The notes under the pieces: model-generated
Databases searched by the model: none
What the model saw: only the letters and a program-made list of their open reading frames with translations
What the model was told of the DNA's origin: nothing
Program-made: the position numbers and the translations under genes
NCBI GenBank assembly: GCA_024346625.1
Contig: AP024665.1
Location: 62,001 to 126,000, forward strand
Direction: 5' to 3'
DNA length: 64,000 nt
From: Williopsis jadinii
Taxonomy: Eukaryota
In this document: one piece after another, positions 35,133 to 45,849 of the stretch
Position numbering within the stretch: the first letter of the stretch is position 1
Layout of the letters: each line of letters begins with the position of its first letter

Positions 35133-36107
35133 CTATTTGTTCTCATATGGCACCTCATCCACGGTCCAACCATGTTCTCTGTAATATAAATAGTGCTTCA
35201 TTACGTTCAGACGACACAGTAGACACGCAAACTCCTTCAAGTCGTCGTAGAACCCGAGCTGTTCCGTCTTGCTCACCCTATGGCTGAGTATACACCCATA
35301 ATGGTAGCGATGCCCACAGGGTAGCTCCAACACCATTTGGCTAGATGTGTACCCTTCAATACATATACAACAGGTTTCCTTACCTCGAGACAGCTCAGAA
35401 TCTTGTCTTGGTTTGAACCTCTTGCAGAAGGAGTGGTCTGGGTTTGTATATTCGAACCCGAGTGCCCAGTCGGAGTCATAGTCTGGTGAAAAGCAATCAA
35501 TGTCGTTTCTTGTGACACACCGAGGCTTGGGTAGAGCAGGCTTGGGTCTGGGTGTATCTCTCTTGGACTTGACAACCCCCAGTATAACCAGCAGAAACCA
35601 CAGGGCAGAGATGTTAACCGTGGATATCGACAATAGGACGACCAAGATGAACCATACGGTGTACCAAACACATCTGATTCCAATCTTGAAGAACTGAAAC
35701 ATGCTATCATTCCGGGCTTGTGCAACCCTCCAACATATTTTCATTCTGCTCAGAGAGCCGTGTAAATAGCGTATAATCCTGGTACAGGAACAGTAGGAGA
35801 AGAACAGCACGCAAATCGCGAGCGATATCAGTATGCCATACAAAAGTATCTGGATCACTTTAGAACTGTTCTGTAAGCTGAAGTGGCCAGTGGAATCCTT
35901 TGATAGAAGAAAAGTTACTGGCGGAGACCCACCAGCTTCCTGGTCAGCTGATTGGTTGTAACCGTAGTTGCTCGAATGGGTTACAATTGCTTGTCTTTCG
36001 AACTGCAGGTGCATCGAATGAATAGGCCCCGGTGCGTGGACCTGACTGTAACGACAGTACATCAGCAATAGTGTACTACAAGACAGTGTATACAAGAACA
36101 ATGACAT
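35133..36107 (-). CDS. Divergent membrane-anchored RING-H2 protein (putative E3 ubiquitin ligase)
   Basis: First ATG at 36107; hydrophobic N-terminus and two further hydrophobic segments; C-terminal CCIC...LELPCGHRYHYGC...CLLC RING-H2 ligand pattern. Confidence 0.75.
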   Translation of the reverse strand: MSLFLYTLSCSTLLLMYCRYSQVHAPGPIHSMHLQFERQAIVTHSSNYGYNQSADQEAGGSPPVTFLLSKDSTGHFSLQNSSKVIQILLYGILISLAICVLFFSYCSCTRIIRYLHGSLSRMKICWRVAQARNDSMFQFFKIGIRCVWYTVWFILVVLLSISTVNISALWFLLVILGVVKSKRDTPRPKPALPKPRCVTRNDIDCFSPDYDSDWALGFEYTNPDHSFCKRFKPRQDSELSRGKETCCICIEGYTSSQMVLELPCGHRYHYGCILSHRVSKTEQLGFYDDLKEFACLLCRLNVMKHYLYYREHGWTVDEVPYENK

Positions 36108-36299
36108 TGGATGAAAGCTTTTAGAACACTCTTTATAGGACGAATTGTTTGCTTCAATTACTTCTGCAACAATGATCTGCAATTACAAGCACAAGTGAAA
36201 GTCCAACTTAAATTGAAAGTCCGACATCAACAAGGAAATTACAGAAAGTGCATAAGTGCACATTGGTCATGGATGTGAATATGGTCAGTTGAACAACCC

Positions 36300-37724
36300 T
36301 TAAGCACTTGACTTAAGCTTATACAACTCCTTGACAAAATTTTCTCCCCAAAAGGCACTAGTGTATTTTGAAATGTATTGGAACAACTTGTCATGGTTGG
36401 CCTTCTTCTTCTCCTCCGGGAGGGTGAGTGCCTCGTAGATGGCGTGGCTCAATTCATCAGTGTTCCACGGATTCACAATGATTGCACCGTTCAATGACTG
36501 TGCAGCACCAGTGAATTCAGACAATATCAAAGAACCGTGTTTCTCCTCTTGACATGCAATGTACTCATACGAAACCAAGTTCATACCATCCCTGGTGGAG
36601 CTGACCAGGCAAACGTCAGAAACAGCATAAAGGGAAATCAATTCGTTAAAAGGGATAGACTTGTGCATGAAGTGGATTGGAACAAACTCAACAGTACCAA
36701 AGGTTCCGTTGATTCTTCCAACGAGTTCATTGACAGTGGCTCTCAACTCCTGATACTCTTCAACGTCTCCTCTTGAAGGAACAGCAACTTGTACAAGCAC
36801 CACTTTACCAATCCATTCAGGATGTTCATTCAGAAAAACCTCCAGGGCATGGAGTTTCTGTGGAACACCTTTGATATAGTCAAGTCTATCAACACCGACA
36901 ATGATCTTCGTATCTTGAAATTTACTCTTGAGCTGTTCAATTCTCTTTACAACTTCGGGTTTCTTCAAACCTTCGGTAAAGTTATCAACGTCAATACCAA
37001 TTGGGAATGCACCAACGTTCACATTACGTCCCCTGTATTCAACACCGTTGGGCATTGTTGCAACGCCTAGCACCCTCTCCACGGAGGAGAGAAAATGACG
37101 TGCATAGTCATACGTATGGAAGCCAATAAGATCACAGCTCAGAACACCTCTCAGTATTTCCTGTCTAACGGGTAAAACTCTATAAATCTCTGAAGATGGG
37201 AACGGCGTATGTAAGAAGAAGCCAAGCTTAACGTCCTTGATGCCCCGTTGTTCAATTTGTTTGCGCAGTAATTCCGGCAGTAGCATCAGGTGGTAGTCGT
37301 GAACCCAAACGATATCGCCATCTTTGACATATTTGATGATCTCGTCTGCAAACTTCTCATTGGCCTCGTTATACGCCACCCAGGCGTTCTCGTCAAAGTT
37401 GATCTCACCTGGATGGTAGTGGAAAAGCGGCCAGAGAATCGAGTTCGAAAACCCGTTGTAGTGTAACTCTGCAACCTCATCACTGAGGAAAATTGGTGTT
37501 GCCTTGAACTTATCGTTCAACTCTCTCGTGACTTTCTCCTGCTCGTCAGCTGGCACTTCCCACCCGGGCCACCCGAACCATTGGAACGTGGAGGTCTTCT
37601 TTAGACCTTGAAGAGCAGTGACGAGACCACCAGATGACATGTTGTACTCGTACTCCCCATCTGGAGAACGCTTCAACGTCACCGGAATTCTATTCGAAAC
37701 CACCAAGACGTTACCTTTAACCAT
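36300..37724 (-). CDS. TPS1: Trehalose-6-phosphate synthase
   Basis: VLVVSNRIP, SSGGLVTAL, WVHDYHLM, FLHTPFPSSEI, GVDRLDYIKG, RDGMNLVSYEY. Confidence 0.98.
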   Translation of the reverse strand: MVKGNVLVVSNRIPVTLKRSPDGEYEYNMSSGGLVTALQGLKKTSTFQWFGWPGWEVPADEQEKVTRELNDKFKATPIFLSDEVAELHYNGFSNSILWPLFHYHPGEINFDENAWVAYNEANEKFADEIIKYVKDGDIVWVHDYHLMLLPELLRKQIEQRGIKDVKLGFFLHTPFPSSEIYRVLPVRQEILRGVLSCDLIGFHTYDYARHFLSSVERVLGVATMPNGVEYRGRNVNVGAFPIGIDVDNFTEGLKKPEVVKRIEQLKSKFQDTKIIVGVDRLDYIKGVPQKLHALEVFLNEHPEWIGKVVLVQVAVPSRGDVEEYQELRATVNELVGRINGTFGTVEFVPIHFMHKSIPFNELISLYAVSDVCLVSSTRDGMNLVSYEYIACQEEKHGSLILSEFTGAAQSLNGAIIVNPWNTDELSHAIYEALTLPEEKKKANHDKLFQYISKYTSAFWGENFVKELYKLKSSA

Positions 37725-38145
37725 GTCTTTGTCTATTTGAGTTTCTCTAATGAATTGGGATCGATGGTCAGAAAAGTCGTGCAATTAGACCAAACGTTTT
37801 TATGCCTTTGCTAGTGTGTCTGAGCTGAAAGTTGCTAATTGCTGTGTAGTTCAAAAAGATAATCTCGTTTATGAATCCTTCTGCCATAAAATTGCTATTA
37901 CATGTGGTGCGATGCACGTGACTGTTCCTCTAGTTACCAGACGACGGAGGAGAACGGTTGTCCTGGAAACCGTTTACAGTAGGGGAAAATTACGTAAACA
38001 AGCCTGCGTGGTGTGAGGAAGAGGTAGGGTAACACTTGCTCCACCAGATTGTCATGTTTTGGAGGACGAGACGTAAACAAATAAACAGATACGCAGATTC
38101 TTATAACTCATCAATTCATACAATACAGCCTGGGAAGATACAGCA

Positions 38146-39684
38146 ATGTCTAAGCAGTACGCGAAGGAACATTCCTTGGACATCCCACATGTGTCGTGTA
38201 TTGAATTTCCTCTGAAAGTTCAGAACGTTGACAAAGCCATAGGCCTTGTTGGTGGTGAGAGTGCTGTTATTAAGGCGTGTCAGGATGACTCTTCACATCC
38301 TTTGGAGTTGAGATTCACAAACAATATCTATGAGCACCCTGTGAATGCAAAGGTGAATACTCATGAACAGATTCTAATAAAAATCTCGCTGCCAAAAAGT
38401 GTGTTGAAGGCCAACGCCGGGAATGTCCAGAGGTCACTACAACAGCTGCACAGTGTCCATTCCAAGCCTATCCATATTACACCAGTTGCCATTATCAACA
38501 AGACCTTTAGATTCCGAGAGATGTCAGACTTCCAATACCAGATGAGCAACTCACCATTTGCACAAAAGGTCAATAAATCGATACACAGCTTGAACTATAC
38601 AGAGATTTGTTCCCTAGGGTTGGACGAGGATTTGAAACCTTGGGCTCCCAACGAAAATGGGCTCTACGATTTACCACCGCCACCTAGATTCTCATCTATA
38701 CCACTGCCTTTCAACTACCATTATAAGAAGAACGCAGCGACGGTGTTGAAGGAAGGTAAATTGACAACCAGAAACAAACATTTGAAGTTGAATTCCTCCA
38801 TTATTAAGTGGGAGGATCAACCTCCCACGGGTCCATCAGAGGAATCCAAGCAACAGCTGGAATTCTTCCAATCGCATTCCGATAATCTGGTGTATAAGGA
38901 TGTATTGGATGCATTGGAAATAATTCGTAAATTGTTCGAGATACGGCCGATATGGATTCGGAAACACTTGGAAGCCAACCTGCCCGTGCATTTGAAGACA
39001 TGCTTCAAATATGCCTTACCCCAGGTTTCCTACACCTACACCAAAGGTCCATGGAGACAGACGTACATTCGGTTTGGGGTGGATCCAAAGTCTTCTGCGG
39101 AGTTTTCCCGCTATCAGACCGAAGGTTTCAGGGTGCCAGGGTTTAACAAGACAGTTCCCAAGGGATTCGTCAGTGAAGTTCCGAATGGAGTTTCAAAGAT
39201 ATTCAAGTTTACCGGGGTTGAGTTACCCCACAGTTTACACTTTCAGCTGGAAGACATCGTTGATGAACAGGTGTGTCTGTTGTTATCGCACGCCAAACTG
39301 AGAACGGAGTGTGATTTCCACGATGGTTGGTACGACAGCACCACGATGGCCCGACTGAGGAAACTCATGAGGTACAAGCTACGGTGCTTAATGGACGGAA
39401 CCACCATGGACCCAGAGAAGGTGGACTACTTCATCAACAAGCTGGAGGTCACCGAACGTGAAGGGGACGCGGATGAAGATCACGATGACGCTGACGACGA
39501 TGACCAATGCGACGATCTGCACCTGGGCGACGAAGAAGGGGAAGAGGATGATGAAGTAGACGTTGGTGAGTCCAATTTTGAAGACATCATCAACTACTTG
39601 GAGAAGCACAACCCAAGGGGCGCATCCGAGATCGCACACTTGACCTGTCTGCTAAGACAAGGCAATATACCCGAATTCAGCTGA
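38146..39684 (+). CDS. TFC1: TFIIIC subunit tau95
   Basis: IEFPLKV.N..KAI..VGG, LELRF, KTFRFREMSDFQY, LFEIRPIW, GPWRQTYIRFGVDP, DGWY, acidic tail. Confidence 0.9.
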   Translation: MSKQYAKEHSLDIPHVSCIEFPLKVQNVDKAIGLVGGESAVIKACQDDSSHPLELRFTNNIYEHPVNAKVNTHEQILIKISLPKSVLKANAGNVQRSLQQLHSVHSKPIHITPVAIINKTFRFREMSDFQYQMSNSPFAQKVNKSIHSLNYTEICSLGLDEDLKPWAPNENGLYDLPPPPRFSSIPLPFNYHYKKNAATVLKEGKLTTRNKHLKLNSSIIKWEDQPPTGPSEESKQQLEFFQSHSDNLVYKDVLDALEIIRKLFEIRPIWIRKHLEANLPVHLKTCFKYALPQVSYTYTKGPWRQTYIRFGVDPKSSAEFSRYQTEGFRVPGFNKTVPKGFVSEVPNGVSKIFKFTGVELPHSLHFQLEDIVDEQVCLLLSHAKLRTECDFHDGWYDSTTMARLRKLMRYKLRCLMDGTTMDPEKVDYFINKLEVTEREGDADEDHDDADDDDQCDDLHLGDEEGEEDDEVDVGESNFEDIINYLEKHNPRGASEIAHLTCLLRQGNIPEFS

Positions 39685-39902
39685 AGTCAGCGCAAACAAA
39701 CCCCTATTAACCCCATCTATCAAGCGTTGTAGTAATATAACAGCATACAAAGGGTGCCTGGCCGGCAGCGCAAGAGTGTCGAGAAACAAAAAATTATTCT
39801 GAAAAGGGAAATGATTAGCGGGTTTGAAAAACAGGCTTCAGGGACACGGTTGGCGCACGTCCGCGGAAAGAACACGCGTGCACCGAAAAGGAAGAAACAC
39901 CC

Positions 39903-39950
39903 ATAAACGATGATCGGGCATTTTTTCAGACCATTTTTTTACTTAAACGA
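39903..39950 (-). promoter_or_regulatory. Two SRE-like TCGTTTA sites upstream of NCP1
   Basis: TAAACGA at 39904-39910 and 39944-39950. Confidence 0.5.
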
Positions 39951-40039
39951 AGTACTGTTCTTCTTTCCTTTCAATTGTTGATTTCTCAATTAGTCTGTTC
40001 TTGACTTGCTGTTTGTTTCGATAAGAAGAGAGAAGCAGA

Positions 40040-42052
40040 ATGGCTTTAGATACATTGGATTACTCGGTGTTGGCTGCGCTGGCCCTGGCCGTGCTTGCAT
40101 ACTTGACCAAGGGTGTGTTCTGGGGAGTTGGCGATGATGGTACGAAGGTGGTTAGCGATTCCAGAGACATCTCCGAGGTGGTGAGAGACCACAACAAGAA
40201 CTACGTTGTGTTCTACGGCTCCCAGACTGGTACTGCTGAAGACTATGCGCACAAGTTTGCCAAAGAGCTGAAGGCCAAGTACAAGCTGAACATTATGGTT
40301 GCCGATCTCGCAGATTACGACTTTGACACTTTGAACGATTTGGAGTGCGTGGTGTCCTTTTTCATCGCCACGTACGGTGAAGGTGACTTCCCAGATCAAT
40401 CCGTGCCATTTGAGGATCATATCTCCAACCTTTCCAAGGGGGACTTGTCCAATTTGAAGTATACCTTGTTTGGTTTGGGTAACTCCACGTATGAGTTCTA
40501 CAACGGTGCTGCTGTTAAGGCTGATAACGCTTTAAAGGCCGCTTCTGCTACAATCATTGGAGAATTCGGTAAAGGTGACGATGGTGCTGGTACTCTCGAC
40601 GAGGATTACCTCGCTTGGAAAGAGGCCACAATGGATATCCTCAAGTCCTCGTTGAACTTGACGGAGTCTGATGCTAAATTTGAAGCCTCTTTGAAAATCA
40701 CCACCTTGGACCCAGGCGAGTATGAAGATGGCGAGGTGTTCTTGGGAGAGCCTGATAAGTCATACTTGGACAAATCTACAAACCTGTCGTTGGGTCCATT
40801 TGACCATGCTCATCCTTACTTGGCTCCTATTGCCCACTCAAAGGAATTGTTCAACTCCAAGGATAGATCATGTATCCATGCTGAGTTTGATCTTTCCAAT
40901 ACAAACTTGCGTTACTCAACCGGTGATCATTTGGCTGTTTGGCCATCCAATGCCAACGAGAAAGTTGAAAAGTTCTTGAAGATTGTCAACTTGTGGGAGG
41001 ATAAGGAGCAGGTAATCGAGGTCAAGGCCTTGGACTCAACCGTTAACATCCCATTCCCTTCACCAACAACCGTGGAGACTGTTTTCCGCCACTTTAAAGA
41101 GATTTCTGGTCCAGTTTCAAGACAAATCGTGGCCAACTTAAAACAATTTGCTCCAAATGAGAAGGCTCAACAACAGTGTGATAAGTTGTCAAAGGACAAA
41201 GATCTCTTTGCCAAAGAGATCCATGAAAACAAATACGACTTGAGCGAAGTGTTGTCCATCTTATCTGACGGTGCTACGTGGAAATTGCCTTTGGAATTTT
41301 TGATTGAAACTATCTCTCCATTACAACCTCGTTATTACTCCATCTCTTCTTCGTCGCTTTCTGAGAAGACCACAATCCACATCACCGCTGTTGTCGAGGC
41401 TGATAAGTTCCAAGATAGACTTATCACAGGTGTTACTACGAACTTGTTGCGTAACATTGAAATTGATCAAAACAAGGAATCAGCAAAACCTCATTTGACC
41501 TATGACTTGAAAGGACCAAGAAACAAATTCTCGCCATACAAGTTACCTGTTCATGTGCGTCGTTCTACTTTCAGATTGCCAACTTCACCAACTGCGCCTG
41601 TGATTATGATTGGTCCAGGTACAGGTGTTGCTCCATTCAGGGGCTTTGTCAGAGACAGAGTCGCATTGGCTCAACAAGGCAAGACATTTGCCAAGATGGT
41701 GTTGCTATACGGATGTAGAAGATCGGACGAGGACTTCTTATACAGAGACGAATGGGTCGAATACGCAAAGACCCTCGGTGAGAACTTTGAAATGCACAGT
41801 GCCTTCTCTAGAGAAGGAGCTGAAAAGGTTTATGTTCAACATAAACTTTACGAGCTGAAGGATGAAATCATGGAGCTGATCGATGCAGGTGCTTTCATCT
41901 ACGTCTGTGGTGATGCTGCAAGAATGGCAAGGGATGTCAACGATACTTTGTGTAGAATCATGTCTGAAAAGAAGGGATTCTCTACAGAAAAGGCACACGA
42001 GATCTTGAAGAACTTCAGAACTTTGAACAAGTACCAAGAGGATGTCTGGTGA
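40040..42052 (+). CDS. NCP1: NADPH-cytochrome P450 reductase
   Basis: N-terminal anchor, FYGSQTGTAE, ATYGEG, FGLGNSTYE, PRYYSISSS, IMIGPGTGVAPFRGF, YVCGDA, terminal QEDVW. Confidence 0.98.
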   Translation: MALDTLDYSVLAALALAVLAYLTKGVFWGVGDDGTKVVSDSRDISEVVRDHNKNYVVFYGSQTGTAEDYAHKFAKELKAKYKLNIMVADLADYDFDTLNDLECVVSFFIATYGEGDFPDQSVPFEDHISNLSKGDLSNLKYTLFGLGNSTYEFYNGAAVKADNALKAASATIIGEFGKGDDGAGTLDEDYLAWKEATMDILKSSLNLTESDAKFEASLKITTLDPGEYEDGEVFLGEPDKSYLDKSTNLSLGPFDHAHPYLAPIAHSKELFNSKDRSCIHAEFDLSNTNLRYSTGDHLAVWPSNANEKVEKFLKIVNLWEDKEQVIEVKALDSTVNIPFPSPTTVETVFRHFKEISGPVSRQIVANLKQFAPNEKAQQQCDKLSKDKDLFAKEIHENKYDLSEVLSILSDGATWKLPLEFLIETISPLQPRYYSISSSSLSEKTTIHITAVVEADKFQDRLITGVTTNLLRNIEIDQNKESAKPHLTYDLKGPRNKFSPYKLPVHVRRSTFRLPTSPTAPVIMIGPGTGVAPFRGFVRDRVALAQQGKTFAKMVLLYGCRRSDEDFLYRDEWVEYAKTLGENFEMHSAFSREGAEKVYVQHKLYELKDEIMELIDAGAFIYVCGDAARMARDVNDTLCRIMSEKKGFSTEKAHEILKNFRTLNKYQEDVW

Positions 42053-42252
42053 TGGTTCAAACAACGCCCTATCAGGTATATAACTAGCTATAAATCAACA
42101 ATTGTGAGAAGAAGAAAAGAACAAAGATTACTACATGAATACAACAATGGATTGTATATTTTGAAAAATAGTGTAATGTTACTTTTTTGCTTTACTTATC
42201 ATTTTATTTTGTTATTCCAGCCGTGGTGGAATCTTTATGGATACAAAGATAG

Positions 42253-45200
42253 TCAGTTATCACCAAAGAGATTGCCCAATGCACCATTCTCTAGAAAAGG
42301 GTCGTTCATCAAGTCAGTATCTCCTTTCTTTTTCTTTTGAACAGCATCAAGTTGTCTAAGTCTTTCTCTCTTCATACTTTCATCGTCGTCACTGTGCTCT
42401 TTCACGGTTTGGATGAAGTGCAGCATTGAGTTTCTCTGTTCTCTTATGTTCTTTGCAGTGTCTAACCCTTGCTCGAGTTCTTTAAAATCTGCATCCAGAG
42501 AATTTGGTAGTAAACTTCTCAATACCTGTTGCATGTACGGTCCATGGACTTTCATGTTGATGTAAAGTGATGTGAGTACATATGCCGATTCACCTTGACT
42601 CTCACGGTAGAAATCAATGGTTAAGCAATGCACAATAGATTTTGTAAGGTTTTCACACAGGAACTTGTCAACTTCTTCATCTTTCAAGACTATGTCATTC
42701 AGGACCGCTCTAATAATCAAAATAGCGTTGAAAGAGCATCTTGAATCTTTAAGCATGATAATATGGCACAACAGTTGAAGGAATGGAGCTAAAATGTTTT
42801 TATCATTGAAAATCAATCTTCTAATCTCCAACTGGGTATCCGTTAGTGGACTCTTGTGTCCATATTGACCAACACAGTCAACAAGTAGTCTAGTGATAAC
42901 TTGTGTAACCTGTCTCAAAATATGCTCCTCCATCATTTCCTGGCTCAACTGGGCGTCATCCTCATCGAATTGAAGTCCACTAATGTACACCTTTTCCCAT
43001 TTGTTGACCAGAAGTTCATCCAAAGTAACGAACATCTGTGGCAACAACTGACGCATAAAGTTTCCAACATGTGCTGGGGGACAATTTTTAATAACCGGCC
43101 TCAGCATAATGCTGATCATGTGTTTCCATGAGTGCAGAGTGATTCCAACGTTCTCTCCTGTAGCGGCTCTCCAGAAGATATCCGCAATGTTGGGAATGGT
43201 GTATAATGTATCATCAAGGTTTGAAATCGTCGCAAGGGACAAAAACACATACTCTCTAGTGTATCTCACGATGTGACCAACAGAGTCTGCAAAGTCTCTG
43301 AGGGTGTGCATCGCTTTGACATTTTCTTCCAAAAATTCATCTCTAGACTGGATTGAAACACCCATTTGCCAAAATCTCTCAACTGTTGTATCCCTGACAA
43401 ATGATTGAACGATTCGAGGTAGTGGTTTCCAGTTCTCTGGGTTATGGTATGCCTGGATTTGATAAAGAAGTTGTAGAATATGTGGAATGATTGGCGTGAC
43501 CCTAGGTTTCCAGAGCGCCAAAAGATTTTTAAAGTTTTCGGAATCCTTTGGAAGCTTTTCAATAGAATATTGGATAAGTAACCTAGTAGATCTCACTGGG
43601 AACAGAGCAGACCATCTATCCTTCAACTCTGCCTTAAGTTTCAACCCTTGCTCGTCCATTGGTGTTTTTAGCAAGTCAGCATCGGGTGAAATACCTCTAG
43701 ATTCAAAGTATTCCGCAATTTTCACTATTCCCAATCTTTCCATGAACCACGGCAAATCACTTAAGCCTTTAACAGTAGTAGGGTCAGTCCAAGATGCGAT
43801 TTCTGGTTCAACAATTCTGATAAATCTTTCAGCCTTGTTATCAATAGAAGATCTTTGGGAAACAACCAATACAAATGCCTTGAAAGACACGGCTTCAGCG
43901 TACGATAAGCGTGGTAATAATCCCTGGAACACGGTATCTAGCTCATCCAAGATATTTTTCAAGTTCTCTGGCATAACAAATGCAATTCTGTTGAGTTCTG
44001 TACCACATGTTGTTCTTAGATCTTTGATTGTAGATGCAAGTTCATCAGATGCTCCTTCAGGACACTCAAATGTACACACAGTCAGAAGTCTTTCAATGAC
44101 TTTGAATATCAAATTGTCCTTACACAATGGTGTGAACTGTACATATAGCTGGATAAGCTTTTTCAAAACAACAGGATCCTTAACTTGCATTGCCAAGAGC
44201 TTATCGAGAAGGATCTCCACTGTCCCCAAGAGTTGATCTAACTTCTCGTTGTAATCTGCATTTCCGTACCAGATTTTCCAACGGACAATACCCCTTACAC
44301 TTGCCTCAACAATATCAAACTGAGAGATTGTCAAGATAAATGGTTCTTGATGGTAATCCAAAGTCTCTGAAGTTAATACAGTACTTCCAATATCAGAGGA
44401 GAAAAATACCTCCAAACGATTATTCAACCATTGTAAGCCACGTTCTGCCCTAATGCAAATCGTCAATCTGATGATATCATCAACCAATCTTTTGTAGTTA
44501 TTCAAGAATGAGTAAGAGTCTGCATGCGAATTGAAATCAAAAGCGAGATATTTACAACTGACATGCTCCTCTGGAAGACTGCTGTAATTTAGCATCTTAC
44601 TTGCAGCTACTTCCAATAAGTCAAAAATATACTCATCGATGATCTCAATCTTATCATTTTCTCTGAGCATATTACCCCAAAAGTTAAGGGATATAGCTGA
44701 AATTGTCAAACTATCGCTTGCAGTTGTGGATAAGACCAATTTTAGATAGTTTGAGATATCTGAAGTCTTCTCGTCCACGGTTTGTAAGTGTTCGCATAGC
44801 CCAACAATCATTTCCGTCACTTTCTTCGCAAATGAGTAGTATTCATCGTCGATATCATCTGGATCAAGTCTAATTTCCTGGTAAATATTTGTCAACAGTT
44901 GCATGCCTTCAGGTTTGAAGATACTACCAACGATGGCATCCATATCTGAAGATCGACTAAATGACCTTGTGAAAAGAATGTACAAACAGTCAATTGCGAT
45001 GTTCTTAATCCTGATACTATCAATAGTCACTGCTTGTAGCAGAGTGTTTAATACATTTGATTGTGTGAGTACCGAGCTGTACACCCAATTTAGACATGTC
45101 TTGAAAGTCTCCAAAGTTTTGATAACACCTTTCTCATCTCCATTTTTGATGAATTCGGTCAATGCTTTAAGCCACAGCACGAACCACCCCTCTTTTGTAG

Positions 45201-45849
45201 CCTTGGATTTCTGTAAATTGGCATTTGGTTCGTAAATCGTATCTAAAGTTTCTTGAGGTAAAACCACATGGGTACACAAGGACGTAAGTATGGAGTTTCT
45301 TCTCGAGGTGATAGGATCATCTAGGATATAAGTATCTTCAAACAGAGTTCTGAATATAATCAGTACCAATGTTCTTGTCTGTGGGCTCAGCATCCATAGG
45401 TCAAATAGATCCTTATCCATTGTATACCAACCTGTGACAAATGCCTGGTACTCCGCCTCGGTATCCTCCACAGTGGCAAGATAAGAACCCCAGCACCTTT
45501 TTGCAACGCCTACCCAGATGAATGCCAGTTTCTCTTTGATGTAATGTGGATCGTTCTCTTGGAGGTTGTTCGCCAGATCGATGATCCATTTACGGATGGC
45601 CAACTTCTTCTCCTCGTCATAATTGTACCAGTTACGGGTGATTGAGTTCTGCAACAAGGTCAGTCCAAAATGACGCACAATCGTGTTGTGGGACGGTAGC
45701 GCCAGTTCGTAGCCCCATAGAGGTGATTCTTCTTGACTCTTGACGTGTTCCAAGAATGCCTGTGCCTCCCGACGAGCTTCGTTCGTTGACTTTGGAGAAT
45801 GTATCAACTCCAGGGCGCTAACAATCTGTTGCACACCAATAGCATCCAT
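42253..45849 (-). CDS. MSN5: Karyopherin / exportin-5 Msn5
   Basis: 1198-aa HEAT-like protein; Importin-N region (ESPLWGYELA..VRHFGL), DLPWFMERLGIV, ERFWQMGVSIQS. Confidence 0.93.
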   Translation of the reverse strand: MDAIGVQQIVSALELIHSPKSTNEARREAQAFLEHVKSQEESPLWGYELALPSHNTIVRHFGLTLLQNSITRNWYNYDEEKKLAIRKWIIDLANNLQENDPHYIKEKLAFIWVGVAKRCWGSYLATVEDTEAEYQAFVTGWYTMDKDLFDLWMLSPQTRTLVLIIFRTLFEDTYILDDPITSRRNSILTSLCTHVVLPQETLDTIYEPNANLQKSKATKEGWFVLWLKALTEFIKNGDEKGVIKTLETFKTCLNWVYSSVLTQSNVLNTLLQAVTIDSIRIKNIAIDCLYILFTRSFSRSSDMDAIVGSIFKPEGMQLLTNIYQEIRLDPDDIDDEYYSFAKKVTEMIVGLCEHLQTVDEKTSDISNYLKLVLSTTASDSLTISAISLNFWGNMLRENDKIEIIDEYIFDLLEVAASKMLNYSSLPEEHVSCKYLAFDFNSHADSYSFLNNYKRLVDDIIRLTICIRAERGLQWLNNRLEVFFSSDIGSTVLTSETLDYHQEPFILTISQFDIVEASVRGIVRWKIWYGNADYNEKLDQLLGTVEILLDKLLAMQVKDPVVLKKLIQLYVQFTPLCKDNLIFKVIERLLTVCTFECPEGASDELASTIKDLRTTCGTELNRIAFVMPENLKNILDELDTVFQGLLPRLSYAEAVSFKAFVLVVSQRSSIDNKAERFIRIVEPEIASWTDPTTVKGLSDLPWFMERLGIVKIAEYFESRGISPDADLLKTPMDEQGLKLKAELKDRWSALFPVRSTRLLIQYSIEKLPKDSENFKNLLALWKPRVTPIIPHILQLLYQIQAYHNPENWKPLPRIVQSFVRDTTVERFWQMGVSIQSRDEFLEENVKAMHTLRDFADSVGHIVRYTREYVFLSLATISNLDDTLYTIPNIADIFWRAATGENVGITLHSWKHMISIMLRPVIKNCPPAHVGNFMRQLLPQMFVTLDELLVNKWEKVYISGLQFDEDDAQLSQEMMEEHILRQVTQVITRLLVDCVGQYGHKSPLTDTQLEIRRLIFNDKNILAPFLQLLCHIIMLKDSRCSFNAILIIRAVLNDIVLKDEEVDKFLCENLTKSIVHCLTIDFYRESQGESAYVLTSLYINMKVHGPYMQQVLRSLLPNSLDADFKELEQGLDTAKNIREQRNSMLHFIQTVKEHSDDDESMKRERLRQLDAVQKKKKGDTDLMNDPFLENGALGNLFGDN

